A stretch of 63,845 nt of DNA, filler included, from Licmophora abbreviata (lineage: Eukaryota), in assembly GCA_900291995.1 (NCBI GenBank). It is 10 parts of 10 records of this genome, joined end to end, with 100 filler letters (N's around TTAATTAATTAA, not from the genome) between each part and the next. Parts side by side here need not be neighbours in the genome. Positions count along the whole stretch, not along the records: positions 46,392 to 50,407 come from OLMU01002626.1; positions 50,508 to 52,903 come from OLMU01002627.1; positions 53,004 to 59,367 come from OLMU01002630.1; positions 59,468 to 63,845 come from OLMU01002634.1; 6 more parts are not named here. One strand, 5' to 3'. Every line of letters begins with the position of its first letter. Within the stretch, counting starts at the first letter, position 1. The position numbers and the translations under genes are program-made. The notes under the pieces were generated by a model. The model was not told the origin of the DNA, did no database searches, and worked only from the letters and a program-made list of their open reading frames with translations. Shown here piece after piece: positions 46,577-59,537 of this stretch.

Positions 46577-48027
46577 CTACAGTTCGCCGTCGTCGAAACC
46601 CGACGTTGGCACATCCTTTGTATGGTCGTACAGCTCATGGAATGGAAGCTTGAAAAACAGATCTAAGTCAAATTGGGATGTGAGCTGCCCGGCACTGAAG
46701 CCTTCTGCAACAAGTGACTCCAACACTTTCTGCTGCTCACTCTGCGGTGGCATATCACGTTATTAACAAAAAGAAAGATTAGCTTCCAGCAAAGAAAAGA
46801 GGGAACACGTGAGTGCACGCACATATGTCACACGAGCATGTGCTCACCGTAGATACCACTTGTATCTTTCTGCGCGTGTCGGCACTCAGGAATGGGTGGA
46901 GAATCTTGAACACCATTCGCATCCAATACGGGGCATTCAATATTATCATGAGCTCGAGTCGTTCCGGGTAGTTTCGCTGTAGCACATGCGCGACAGTCTT
47001 TACCGCCGAAAGGGGTGGCGAGTTCTTGCTGCTGTACTCTCCAAAATCAAATATCGCCAGAACCTTCTCCAGGTTGCCCTCTGTTGAGACCTCAGTGGCA
47101 GCTATACCTCGTTCTGCAATGTAAAGCTGAGCGGCAACGTACGCCTCGACATTGGTATCTCCTGAGAATCGGGGGAACTTGACAACAATAGCTCGAGAGT
47201 CTCGGTCCCTGCCACGCACAACCATTGGCTGCTTCTGCATGTCATCCCGAAGATAGTCACGATATCTTGAGGCCGTCCTAGCCTCATCCTCAAGATCATA
47301 ATCGGCGTGCTCCTGAAGACACGTACGAAAGACGTCCACGTGTCGTTCCTGAGCGGTGAGAGCAGCGCGTGCGTGCGTTGAGTTGATGTGAGCAACTAAA
47401 GGGCCAGCGTATAGTAATCGTCCCGAGCATAGCACCTTACCTTTCGATCTTGAAGAACCTCACGCAATCTTGAAACTGTCTTCGCGTGGTTCTCCTGTTC
47501 CGCAACGTAGTGTCGTCGAGCCTCACGCATGGCGTGGGAGCGCTTTACAGCCTCCGAATCGAGCGCCCTGCCTTCGGACAACAAGCCAGTAATCGAAGCC
47601 ACCCAATATGCATAGGATGTCCTAGCGGCGAGTTCTTGTTCGTCTGCAGTAAGCTCGTCAACCAGTCGCTACCCAGGAGAAATTCAGTGCAAACGACGAA
47701 CCACATTGAGCAACGAGTGTGGAAAAAGAAATCGCAACTTGGGTGAGCTCTAGGGGTGTCGCTCACCTTGCATGCTTCTTGTTGAGCTTCATCCTTGTAC
47801 GGCGCCTCTGACTGAAGTATTCGCAAGATTATATCGGAAGTGGGAAAATGGGAATTTTCACTTGGAACATGGACGCTTGCCTCTTTCCCCTCTTGCAACA
47901 TGCCTCCATCTTGATTCGTTTCAGTGCAGTCGCCCAGTGTCGTGAGAATCCCCACCCAGATCAACGCAATGACAGCTTCAAAGACATGCAGTCTGCAGCG
48001 CGGGCGTAGAAAAGGGAAAAGCTCCAT
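46577..48027 (-). CDS. CRAL-TRIO (Sec14-like) lipid-binding protein, multi-exon
   Basis: VRGRDRDSRAIV, AIFDFGEYS, LQRNYPERLELMIILNAPYWM..FKILHPFL..DTRRKI; last exon ends GFDDGEL*; 5' exons approximate. Confidence 0.8.
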
Positions 48028-48517
48028 GGAAAGTGAGCTGACAGGTAAGAGAATGCCTTCAAAAACTCCACAGGGACAGCCTTCACCTTTTCACCTGAAC
48101 CGTGGCGGTCCGTCGGCTCATCGAATTTTCAATATTCATCCACAAAACAGACGCATCGCGTTTTGAGCCGGCGGCGCTGTCTCCGTGCTTCCCCGCGCGT
48201 GCCGATCAAAAGTGTAAGCATCATGACATTCTGACACGTCACACCGTTCATGGTACAGACGACACGCGAGCGCAGATTGAAGATTGACAGAAGACTGAGA
48301 GGCTGCAAAAAGCATGCGTGATCGTCACAACCATGAAGAGGTGCGACAGAGACAGAGAAGCGGCCAATTCCAACGCATCTAGACGTCTTTCGAGATACAT
48401 ACACAAACCGACCACCACGGCGAAGCGACTCGTGGAAATTTTGAAAAGTGTCAGTCAGTGTTGCTTCAGCAGCAGAGAAGAAACAAATCACTAATTTAGA
48501 AGGTCTCAATTGCCATC

Positions 48518-51500
48518 ATGATGGGATCCGTCGCCGCGAAACGAGCCAGATGCTCTCTGTTTTGCAGTGCATTTGCTCGGGAGTCATATTATTTAGGAGC
48601 GTCTCGACAGGCTCCCCATATCAGTCGACACTGCGCAAGCCCCTCCAAACTTGGCGAGTGGACTGACCGTGGTCTATCCACCAAGGCCGGAGACAGTCGC
48701 CGGAGCGCGCAGCCTCAAGAGGACCCTGGCCGAAGACAGCTACAGCAGGATAAACAAACAACACGGAAGTCCCAATTCGTTATGGAGAAGGAGCGCCGGT
48801 CAAATGGGAATTTAGAACAAGTCAAAACTCAAGAAGCATGGACACTGTCAAAGGCGAATCTAGAAATGGCAGAGTTGCAGAATCGACTCTCTCGTCTGAA
48901 ACCTCTCCCGCCAGCTTGGTCGGGTGGAGCTGACGTTGTGACTGGCGGCGATCGTGCGGAAATCTATCGAGATACATCGCGGTGGTTGGACATGACAGGG
49001 CGTGCCATTCAAAGCGAACAGGATCGATTATCTGGAAAGACTCGTCGCGAGCTGTCCTTCTTGTTGGGACACGCTCTCTCTATTTTCTCCGAAATGTCCA
49101 TCTACAAAGGCAAATCACCCTTCTCTCGTTGCCAAGTTATCCTGAAACTTCTTGTTGACATGAATCTGGAGCCTCAGCCATCGCACTACGCTGCTGCTGT
49201 CGCTGCCGCCATCCGCGAGTCCAACTGGAAGGATGCATCAGACTTGTTCTTGTCGCAGATTGATCCGGATGCCGCTGGCTACGTGCCCATGGAAAACACA
49301 AGTGATATCACCTTAGGTCTATTTGCAATCGCTCAACACGCGAAGTCTGAAGTCAATGACGCCGTAGCAGAACTTGTCATGGATGCGGCGCTTCGGATGA
49401 CAATGGTTTCGCCTTCCGACCAAGACAAGTATGTCTTTTGCGCGGGGACAGCACTTGGACGCGCAGGAGAGCCCCAGTCATGCATTGAATACTTGCGAAA
49501 TAGCTACAATAGCGCTCGTCTAGGCCAAGCTCTAATTGCCGCTGTAATGCAGGCATGTATTATTTGCTCAAAACACGAGGAAGCTCTGGCGCTGTTTGAT
49601 GAGTTTGCTTCTGGTCGCGAGGGCGGCGAGTACCAATGGGGCGGAGAGTTCGGTCCAAGCCCACTTTGTCGAGATCTTGCGCTACGCGCTCTCGGCGAAA
49701 GCGCTTTTGAGGATGCCGCGGACCGGGCCCTTGCACTCTTCGACGAAATACAGGAGGAGCGCCGACAAATTAGTACTGACGCCTTGTTCTCCGTCTTCAA
49801 AGTTCTGGAACGCGATGGAAACTACCGAGACGCCGCCGCACTGCTAAAGACAAGTCTTGATCAAATTCGACGCACAGACTGGCTTGTTCCGCTAGAACAG
49901 CATGCATTCGACGAAATAACAGATGTAATACCGGGTGGACGATCTGAAAGCGTGCGATTGCTGCGTTGGTCTCCTTACCTTCGACAGATTCTTCCTACCG
50001 TGATGCGCACCTGCAACTCTTCGGGGCAGTTTGGGCTTTCTTTGCTCTCTTGTCGATTAGCAGAAGTTGCTTCCATTTCGTCGGGCGATACAACGTTTCA
50101 TGAAGACATCAGAAACATGAACGGCGAAGTGGATGAGCTAGTGAGGTCTCTTCTTCTCGCCAACGCTAGCTTCGGGCTGAGCCAAGACATGCTTGTAGCT
50201 TCTATGGTGTCTCTTTGCGGGCTTGGTTACCCGAAGCGCGCTTCTCGTCTGTATGAAGCGGCTCTATTGCTTCAACAAAAATCGGCCAAAGAAGGCAAAA
50301 ATACGGATGCGTGGTTCGACGCACGGCATTGTCATGAGCACACAAAATCACTCGACTCTATCCAAGGGTCATGGGAGGGTGCGCATAGACACATTCATCG
50401 CATTGTCNNNNNNNNNNNNNNNNNNNNNNNNNNNNNNNNNNNNNNNNNNNNTTAATTAATTAANNNNNNNNNNNNNNNNNNNNNNNNNNNNNNNNNNNNN
50501 NNNNNNNAAGCGTGCTACTTAGCGATGGATCGCTTGCGACGGAAATGCTCCGAGCTCACAGTGCGTGCAGTGGGAGCCGCTATGCTTTGAACCTTATGCA
50601 GAGCCTTCCATGGTATGAGGAGCTCGTCTCTTCGAGCACGGACAAGTCCAAACTTGTTGGAGACTGGGTCACTCTCTTGCATGAAATCTTGCGCCTTCTT
50701 GTCGACGTGCGACATGTCGAGGAAGCGGTGGCTCTGTTGAATGCGATGCCTCGCGAGTCTCGTAGACCAGAGTCATTCTTGTTGATGGCGAGGCTTTTTG
50801 ACAAGCGACGGGATACGTCATCTGTTGGCGAGGTGTACCACTCTGCTCAGAAGACAAACTGCCTCACCGACGAGCTGGCTATTCTGACGATGTCATCGGT
50901 CGCAAAATCAAGTATTGATACTGGCGAGAAACTGCGTGTGACCAGGGGAATTGCTAAAGAGGTTGCTCAGTCCTGTGGGCTCTCACAGACATCATGGTTG
51001 AAACACAAGTATTGGCCGCTCAAAAGACATCTTGGCGATCGTTTTGCTCGCCTTCTCATGTGGTGGAATGACCCAAGCACAAGTCCTGTTCACGAGCTGA
51101 GCCTGGCGATCAAACAGTTTGATGAACGTCGTGAGCTTGGGTTGCGACCGAAACACGACGTCGTTCGAAGCATCGTAGCTGGTGCCCAGCGCTATGAATA
51201 TATGCTGGAGTCACGTGAGCTCATGGGTACGGATGCGTTGGTTCTTCCATCAAATAAGACCGAGTGGACCGATCTTGCTTGCCTCGTGCTTGATGAGATC
51301 CAAGCAGGGCCGTTGCGCCGAGATCCCAGGTTTGTCGACGAACTTTCATCGGCCTTCTTCGCTCTCGGCGCTCATCGAGAGTGTGTAGACTTCGTTAGCG
51401 ACTCGACGTCCCGAAGCGTGTATGTAAACCATACAGCACTTGAAAAGGCCCTAAGTGCAGCAGATCTGGAGGGGATCGATGCGAGGAATCTCTCTCTGCT

Positions 51501-51531
51501 CGCATGTTCCGTTGAAGCCTCACAACATTGA
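48518..51531 (+). CDS. Large alpha-helical repeat (degenerate PPR-like) protein, spans gap
   Basis: Two long ORFs either side of the gap; PPR-like helices (AAVMQACIICSKHEEALALFDEF, ADRALALFDEIQ); Arg/Ser-rich N-terminus resembling a mitochondrial presequence. Confidence 0.6.
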
Positions 51532-51601
51532 AGTGAGTACCTGTAATACATACAACTGTCTCGGGGTTCGCTCCTACTCTTGCCAAGACAATTATTAGCG
51601 A

Positions 51602-52774
51602 TTAGTAGGGATTATCTCGTGAAGGCTTCTTGACTTTTCTGACCGGACCAGAACCTCGAGATGGTGATATTCCTCCTTGCACAGGAGGCGGGAGCGTCGT
51701 TTCATTTTGTCTCCCGAGACTGCCAACACGATTCCACTCGCATAGTCGCGCATCTTCTCCAGCAGTGACAAGCAATTCGGATGAGACCATGGAGAAAGAT
51801 CGAACATCCCCTCGGTGACCTCCATTCATGATATGCAATAGCGAAAGAGAATCAGGTTCCACCTGATACAAAGCACAATCTCCAGAATGATTTCCGGCAA
51901 GTAGCGCCAACTGTTGACGCCGTGCGTCCCATCCGCAGTCCACAAGGTAGTCAACCTGCATTCCTCCAGCCTTGAGAGATAAGTCGCCCCGAACGTTAGA
52001 CCCGAAGTGAAAGATTGGCTGCGCCGAATCATGATGCCAAACAGACATGGTTTCGCTACCCGTTAGACAATACACGCCCTCGTAGGAAGGACCAAAGAAT
52101 CCAACCTCGCGCAAGGGCGTCTGAACGTTCAAGACGCTTCGTAGAGCCGCCTCTTCTGACGGCTGACTCGTATCGAATACACACGCCAGTCCATCTTCCG
52201 AAGCAGATAGTAGCAGCGGCGTCGATGATGACGAGTCGCATCCAGGCTGAAATCTTACTCGCGTAACTTCCTCTGTATGGGAATCTTGGTAGGATCCGAA
52301 CCGAGCTCCTGCGTTGCGTATGTCGTGAAAATGGATCTTAGCTTTGCTCCCTCCGACGGCAGCGAGCGCTCCATCGTACCCCAAGGCAACCGAGAGAGCT
52401 TCTTCATTGTGCGGGAGATAAAACTGACTAGCAAGGGAAGGTTGTCGTACGTCAAACAAGCGGACACGGCCGTCTGTTCCCGACGATGCCATAACATTCG
52501 GTCCCCCGCATGATAGGTCGGTAATCACGGCGTCTCCGTGGACTCTAGGGAACGTATGGTCCAGACGAAGTGTTTCCTTGTCATAGAAATGCACGTCACC
52601 GTTGCTTAGGGCACAGCATAGCCACTTGGTGTGCGGTTTGCTTTCAACGAACAGAACCCAAACACCCGTCTCGTACACCTCGGACGCGTTAGTAGTAGTG
52701 ACGGCGGTCGAGGGCCGCGGGCTGAAGCTCGTGACTGCCGTCCGACTTGGCGCCAATGTTACGTTGCTAGTCAT
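51602..52774 (-). CDS. WD40-repeat protein, WDR89-like
   Basis: SSGTDGRVRLFDVR, YQDSHTEEVTRVRF, LLSASEDGLACVFD, GGHRGDVR, TAGEDARLCEW. Confidence 0.8.
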   Translation of the reverse strand: MTSNVTLAPSRTAVTSFSPRPSTAVTTTNASEVYETGVWVLFVESKPHTKWLCCALSNGDVHFYDKETLRLDHTFPRVHGDAVITDLSCGGPNVMASSGTDGRVRLFDVRQPSLASQFYLPHNEEALSVALGYDGALAAVGGSKAKIHFHDIRNAGARFGSYQDSHTEEVTRVRFQPGCDSSSSTPLLLSASEDGLACVFDTSQPSEEAALRSVLNVQTPLREVGFFGPSYEGVYCLTGSETMSVWHHDSAQPIFHFGSNVRGDLSLKAGGMQVDYLVDCGWDARRQQLALLAGNHSGDCALYQVEPDSLSLLHIMNGGHRGDVRSFSMVSSELLVTAGEDARLCEWNRVGSLGRQNETTLPPPVQGGISPSRGSGPVRKVKKPSRDNPY

Positions 52775-53003
52775 CGACGACAGTCCATACTACGAATCTA
52801 GACAGCTGTTGCAAAGAAGGGAAGGCGGTATCACAAACTCACAAACGCGACAGCGACGAGTTCAATGATCCTAGTGTGTCTCGTGGTCCTGGTCGCTGCC
52901 GTGNNNNNNNNNNNNNNNNNNNNNNNNNNNNNNNNNNNNNNNNNNNNTTAATTAATTAANNNNNNNNNNNNNNNNNNNNNNNNNNNNNNNNNNNNNNNNN
53001 NNN

Positions 53004-53748
53004 CCTCAGATGATTGTAGGCTCGGCGTGAAGCCGGTCGGTCGAATCGGAATGTCGTACTCGCCACTCGAGGTACAGGGGCCATCAACCATGAAACGTTC
53101 AGTCTTACGTGTAGCAGTGGCAGCTGAGCGTTCATCGTCGTTATTTATTGAGTGGGTCCGATTTGGGACTGACGAGGCTGTCCGACTAGCGGAGATTTGT
53201 TCGTCAAACGAGTAGGACGAATGGCACTCGGGTTGAGCTAGCCATTCGTCAAGATATCCTGGGCAACCACCAGGAGTAGTTCCGGTGGTTTCCGTGACCG
53301 CAACACTGCCCTGAACTTCTTCCCTTGAGCTATAGGGGCCGAGGACGAAAGAAGGTACTGTGTGGGGCCCTTGTCTTGATTGTTCCCGCAAAGTAGGGAC
53401 CATGCCCATGTACCTTTCGTCCCCAGCGCTCGGTACATGCATGAGAGTGGGGACGGACTCGGCGAGTCGAACCTCATCATCTAGTTCCTCAGAGGAATCC
53501 GTAGCAGACGTATACAATTCAGGTCTTGCCAACCATTCATCCAAAGCTCCAGGACTTCCACCAGGACTAGATGCCGCTGTAGTATGAGTTTTGCCATCTC
53601 CTTCTTCTTCGATAGTATCCTCCTTGTCACAAGCTCCAGGACTGCCGCCGGGACTCGACGCCTCAGAAATTTTGGTGTGTCTCGCAAAGCCTGCCATCTC
53701 GTCATCGTCGTCGAAGGAGACCGAAGGAATCTTTTCGAGATCAGTCAT
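53004..53748 (-). CDS. Unknown disordered protein with internal PGG(S/C)PG-LDEWLA-PE repeats, 3' end in gap
   Basis: Open frame of ~248 codons running into the gap; three related motif copies. Confidence 0.55.
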
Positions 53749-54221
53749 CGAAAACGGAATTCTTAGTTGTAGGGAGCAGAAGATGCTGGTCGTCAAGGGG
53801 CGAATGTTGACAATAGGTTGATCACGGTCTCTGGTGTGAGTGAGTTCATCTCAGATGAGTGCATCTCGAATGAGTCCATCACGACTACGAAATTTTGTAA
53901 TTTTGAAATTTTGCTTCTGATGCGTTGAGGCTTGAGTTTCGAGTTGGGAGCGGCTCCCGCTTCTCATAGTAATACTAACCTTTATAGCTAAGCATCGGTA
54001 ATGATATCCAAGACCCATCCAACGCCTTCCAAATAATGTAACTACAGTGAGGAATATGTATATATATGGCTTGGAAATGCGAACCGGATGACTTCTGAAT
54101 GCGATCGCTTATTATCGAACTCTGGTCCTTGGTGACACTCAAGCTGCCGGCGACGACCGCAACATGAGCGACGGCGATGGAGACGGTATTTCCTTCCCCA
54201 ATGCCACGGACCAGACTGACA

Positions 54222-55816
54222 ATGCGTCTCTTGATAGTGCCCTTCGTCGCAATGGCGTGCGCCGGATCGGAAGACGCGCCTGCGGAGTACGGCGTCGACG
54301 TCTCGTTCCCCATGCAGCACCGTCAATGCCACGATGGTCCTCTCGGCGACAAACAGGCCGAGTATGAAAGGTTCGTTCAGGGCTGTGTGGACTTCTACGG
54401 TGAGGACGGGGACAGGTGCCTCACGTACGAGCGCGACAGAATTCATCTCGCTCTTGAGCAACCCCGATCCATGAAAAACTATACTGCGTCGGGCTTCAAG
54501 AAGATCAGATGTCCAGAGGCATTGTTTCGCGTCGTGAAGGAATTCTGGGAGACCAACAAGCACCGTACTGAGCTGGGTGAAGACGAGCCGTTGGGGTACA
54601 CGTATATCAATACCTGGGATGTACGAACAGAGCTTGTAAGTCTCTACGATACTGCGAACGTTGGAGGCGGACAACCTGTTCTCGATGCCATTACGGAAGC
54701 TACTCGTGATGTTCTGCAGGAATGGACTGGCGAGGACCTCAAGTCGGTGTCGACTTATGGGATTCGAATCTATAAGGAAGGCCATGTTCTCGCTACACAT
54801 GCGGATCGCGTTCCCCTTGTTACTTCTGCAATTATCAATGTCGATCAAGACGTCGATGAACCATGGTAAGCTAGCAATGTTCGTCGGAAGTGACGGATGC
54901 GGTCATTGCTGTCGTGTCTGACCCCGACTGTATACTGTTATTTCGCTTGTAACATACAGGCCACTGGAAGTGTATGGACATGATGGGCGAGCTACAAACG
55001 TCACGATGCTTCCTGGTGATATGGTCCTATATGAATCACACTCCGTTCTTCATGGTGAGATTTTGACGGACGTGTCATGCAAAGTCAGCCGTGTCGTATT
55101 CTTGGTACGTATCTAATGGTATCGCCCTTGATCACAGGACGTCCGTTCCCACTCAAAGGACGGATGTTTGCCAACGTCTTCGTCCACTTTGAGCCCACCG
55201 GTAAACCCCTGAGAGAAGAGAGTATGCTGCGTCAACTATACCGCGCTGCGGAACAGCGAAAGGCGACAAGGGAGAACGAGGCATACATCGAGATGCCTTC
55301 ATACCTTCTTCCTGGAACGCCTGAAGCAGACAGGTGGCTACAAAATCATCTCGTGGAGGAGGTAGGTCGAGTGGTTACATTTTTTTTATTGTTTTGGTAT
55401 TTTTGTTGCTAACCGGCAGCCGATCGTGCGGAATTCAGAGTCGACGCCAGTACAAGATCCTTGATCGTAACCAGTTCAGAAAGGTTGAGAGTGCGGAACA
55501 GGCGGAAGACGAGGGCACACGGGCCGTGCACAGTGCAGCGCAACTCGGAGACCTTGCAGTGCTGACTCGGATGATCGAAGACGACCCGAGCCTCGTCAGA
55601 GCCCGAGACGACAACGGATGGCTGGCGGTACATGAAGCAGCCAGATACGGCAAGTTTGAGTGCTTGAAATATTTACACGAAAATGGCGCTGATATCAATG
55701 CAGTTTCGGGTCTTGGGGGAGGAACTCCCCTGTATTGGGCTATCGACAATCATGGCGCGGATCATCCGGTGACGCATTACCTTGAGAGCAAAGGTGCACT
55801 GAATCGAGGTCCGTAG
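54222..55816 (+). CDS. Secreted 2OG-Fe(II) oxygenase-like protein with C-terminal ankyrin repeats, multi-exon
   Basis: Signal peptide; YGVDVSFPM; YGIRIY..L..HADR..LVTSAIINV; YESHSVLHGRP; ankyrins (DDNGWLAVHEAARYG, GGTPLYWA); introns ~54866-54959, 55054-55137, 55362-55438. Confidence 0.82.
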
Positions 55817-56148
55817 CTTACTACTCAAGCGGTGAGATAGTGATAACAGATAACATGCAATGTTGCGGACTTTTTTCTGGCTACTAGAATGGTTACCAAT
55901 AGGAGTTATAGGTACGATAGTGCGATGACACAGTATCATACAGTCGAGATGTTGAGATGTTGAATGTGGTGTCGCACGGGACGGGATGGATCTTTTGCGA
56001 GCTCCGATTGCCTCTGGAGCTCGTGTCAAGTAGATTCGGTACAAACCCTACGTAAGAGTTTTATCGCCTCTCGCGCATTCCCCGCCTCACAAATTTCCCT
56101 AGAGAAACTTTGATCCCAGCGAACCAGGAAGAGCTGCTGCTTTAGTGC

Positions 56149-59100
56149 ATGTCTTTTGTTCCTAATCCGCAGCAGGCGAATGCCGCCAGCGCCAAAAATG
56201 CAAATGTGACCTCTTCGACGGCCGCTCCGGCGGTGGCGGGTTCTGATGAACCAACCGACCTGGAAATCTTGTTCAAAACCCGAACGTTCGACGTCTTCTG
56301 GGTTGACAAAAAATCGCTCATGTACAAGGACGGTATAGCTAAGGTACGTAGAATCCTACGAGCGCTTGTACCAGGGCATCTCACATTTCATGCTCGAATT
56401 TCGATGTGGTTGTCAACCCGCGCTCAGTTCTGCTCTTGCCCTTGCTGACCTATGATGCTGTTGTCTACACCAATTTATAGTCCTTTGACCGCGAGGCGAG
56501 AAAGTCCATTATCGTGACCAAGCAGAAGTCCTCAATTCCTCTGATTCTTCGCGATATGGCACCCCCTGAGGGATCGATTTTCGACCCCGCCAAAAAGTGG
56601 GCGGAGGAACGTGAGCGCCGCCGTGCTGCCGCTGCCGAGGCCAGGGTCGAGCAAGCTGCAGTCGAAGCCGCCAGCAAGCAGTCGAAGAAAGGCAAGAAAG
56701 GAAGCGAAAAGAAAAAGTCGACGGCAGATAGTATCAAGGAGTCGAACGCGGCGGGGAAAGATAAGAAGGATCACCAGCGCGATCTCCAGAAACTTTCAAA
56801 CCTGCGGACTCTCAAGGCTCTTCAGGAAGCCGCCTGTGAAACGCCTGGAGGAAAGATCCACCGCATGATCAAAATGCTCCACCTTGCCGTTGCCGACCTG
56901 CGCCAGGGGTCTGTCAGCTCTAGCGAGGCCGAAGTGCTCGACATTTTATGGGCACTCGAAGAAATGTCCGCCTTTAAGGAGGCCGATCAGTTGGTTGCAG
57001 CGGAGAAAGCCGCGAAAAAGAAAGAGAAGGAAGCAGAAAAAGCCGAAAAGAAGAGTGCCAAGAAAGAAAAAAAGGACAAGGATGCCAAGAAATCAAAGAA
57101 GGAGAAAGAGACCAAGACAGAAAAGGTCAAGATCGCTTTGACCGCGGAGGCTCAAGCTCTCAAGTCTCTCTATAAAGACGGCACTGACTCCCGTGGATCC
57201 TACAAAGACTCTTTGAAGTATGCCCGCAAGTTGATGGGGGGGAAAGACAACTTGATCTCGTTCCAGCTCACAGAGATGCCCGATCGTCTTCCTCCATTGA
57301 GTCGATACAATCGTCAGTTCAAGCTTGAAGAATGGCAGTGTGCTATCCTTGATGCAATTGACAATCGTCAGTCGGCCGTTGTTAGTGCCCCGACTTCTTC
57401 TGGTAAAACTCTTTTGAGTACGTACACGTGTAAGAGTGCAAAGGGGACGGTTTTATTTGTCCTTCCGAGTGAGGTGCTCGTCTGGCAGATTGCTGCGACG
57501 TACTACGAGTTTTTTAAGGGCAACGTTACTATCTGTACGGAACAGATCGCGTTTCAGGAGATCACTGGCGATGCGCAGGTTTATATCGGCACGCCTAGCG
57601 CCCTAGAGAAGAGCATTACGAAGGTCCGTGGATGTGCCGGTCAGGAGATGACGAAAGGAGAGCGAGAATTCACTATTCTCGACGGAGGTTTCAGTCAGTT
57701 CGATTATCTAGTTCTTGACGAAGTGCATACGATGAACGGACCGGAGGGTGATGCTCTGCAGCGCATTATCAAGGCATCCAACTGTCCTGTGCTTGCGTTG
57801 AGTGCAACAATCGGTAATGCGTCTCAGCTAAGGGACTGGGTAGGCTCCGTTCGGAATGAGCATGTTCAAGCTCTGTCGATCGACGTTCCTGAAAAACCTG
57901 AGGAAGTGCTTCTGAAGGAACACTATGCGCGCTTTATCAACCTGCAGCGCTATGTTGTGACGGAGACCGAAGGCAAAGACGGAAAGAAAAAGCAGAAGCT
58001 CGTGAAGCTTCACCCCGTTGCCGCGATGACCCCCGAGCGTTTCCGGGACGAGCCTGCCCTGGTGGCGAGCTTGTCGATGACGCCAGCGGACATGATGAGC
58101 TTGTGGACGAGAATGCGTTCCATTTTTCCGTCGACCGTTCTTGAAGATCTCGATGACCCAGACAATTTCTTCAAGCAATATGTGGACGAGAGCAAACGCA
58201 TTACTCTGAACCAGACGAAAGAGTATGAAACACGCCTGAAGACGCGCCTTGCGGCCCTCTCGCAGTCGCACTCTGAATTGTACGAACGCTTGCGTGTCGC
58301 TCAGTTGCCTCCGCCTCTTGCGTCGAAAGCTGATATTAGTGACGAGCTTTACGATGTCGTTACTCAACTCAAGGCCAGCGATTTGCTTCCTGCGGTTGCT
58401 TTCCAGCTTAACACGTATGGGGCGTTCAACATGTTCAAGAAGTTGCTTGAACGCCTTGAAAGCGAACAGGTTGCAGAGTTTCCCACCTATCGCAAGGATC
58501 TGATCAAGATCGCTCGCGAGAAGGCAGCTATGCGTAAGGTTGCAGCAGGAAAGGCGGATCGACAGAACGCAGCGGAGGCAGAAGAAGATGCAAAGTCTGG
58601 GTTCACGGACGATTCGCTCATCCAGGAGGATACAACCAGGCCCCACGAGAAGCATGTGTTGTCTTCCGCCGGAAAGCGTCTAGGCTACAACGAAGTCGAA
58701 GACATTATTGCCGATATGAAGAAGTCAGGCGAGAAAGTGGACGTCGATCACGCTCTCATTCGTGGTTTGCGCCGCGGTATCGCCATCTACACGAACGAGG
58801 TGGGCTTCTCTTGTTATCGTCGGCAGGTGCAGATGCTGGCTCAGAAGGGACGTCTTGCCGTTGTCTTTTCGGACTCGGCTCTTGCATATGGGGTGAACAT
58901 GCCGTTCCGCTCTTGTGTCTTCTGTGGTGACATGGGTGATGCCCTCACCCCGCTTATTGCCCAGCAGATGCAGTAAGTATGGTATTTGGGTATTTTCTAT
59001 TGTCATGGGCGGAAAATCATGGCTCTGATGACATCTCTATTCCCTCTTTCCGACTTAATCGCAGGGGTCGAGCTGGCCGCAGAGGTATGGATGTCCAAGG

Positions 59101-59367
59101 AAACGTCATCTACCTCGGGATGGAATGGCCTTACATTGAGAATCTAATGCTTGGACAGATCAGTCACGTGACGGGCAAGGAGCCACGCTATCCCATCATG
59201 GCCCTCCAGCAGGCCCTGGCGGCGTCCAACGACCCAGGTGATACTCATCACTTTATTCATGAGTCAGATGGCGATACCGCTCCATTCGCGACTGCCATTC
59301 GTAAGATGCAGCGTTCTCAAGGCTGCTTCCCTACCGTGACCGAAGAACAGGCTGAATGGATTTCCGG
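56149..59367 (+). CDS. Ski2-like DExH RNA helicase (DDX60-like), 3' end lost in gap
   Basis: SAPTSSGKT, DEVH, ALSATIGN, LRRGIAIY, LAYGVNMPFRS, QMQGRAGRRGMD; introns 56344-56480 and 58973-59064. Confidence 0.85.
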
Positions 59368-59537
59368 NNNNNNNNNNNNNNNNNNNNNNNNNNNNNNNNN
59401 NNNNNNNNNNNTTAATTAATTAANNNNNNNNNNNNNNNNNNNNNNNNNNNNNNNNNNNNNNNNNNNNAGACACACCGTGAAGGACGAAGGAGCAAGGCAC
59501 GTCGCACTGCATCTTTGGTTTTGCTTAAACGACGACG

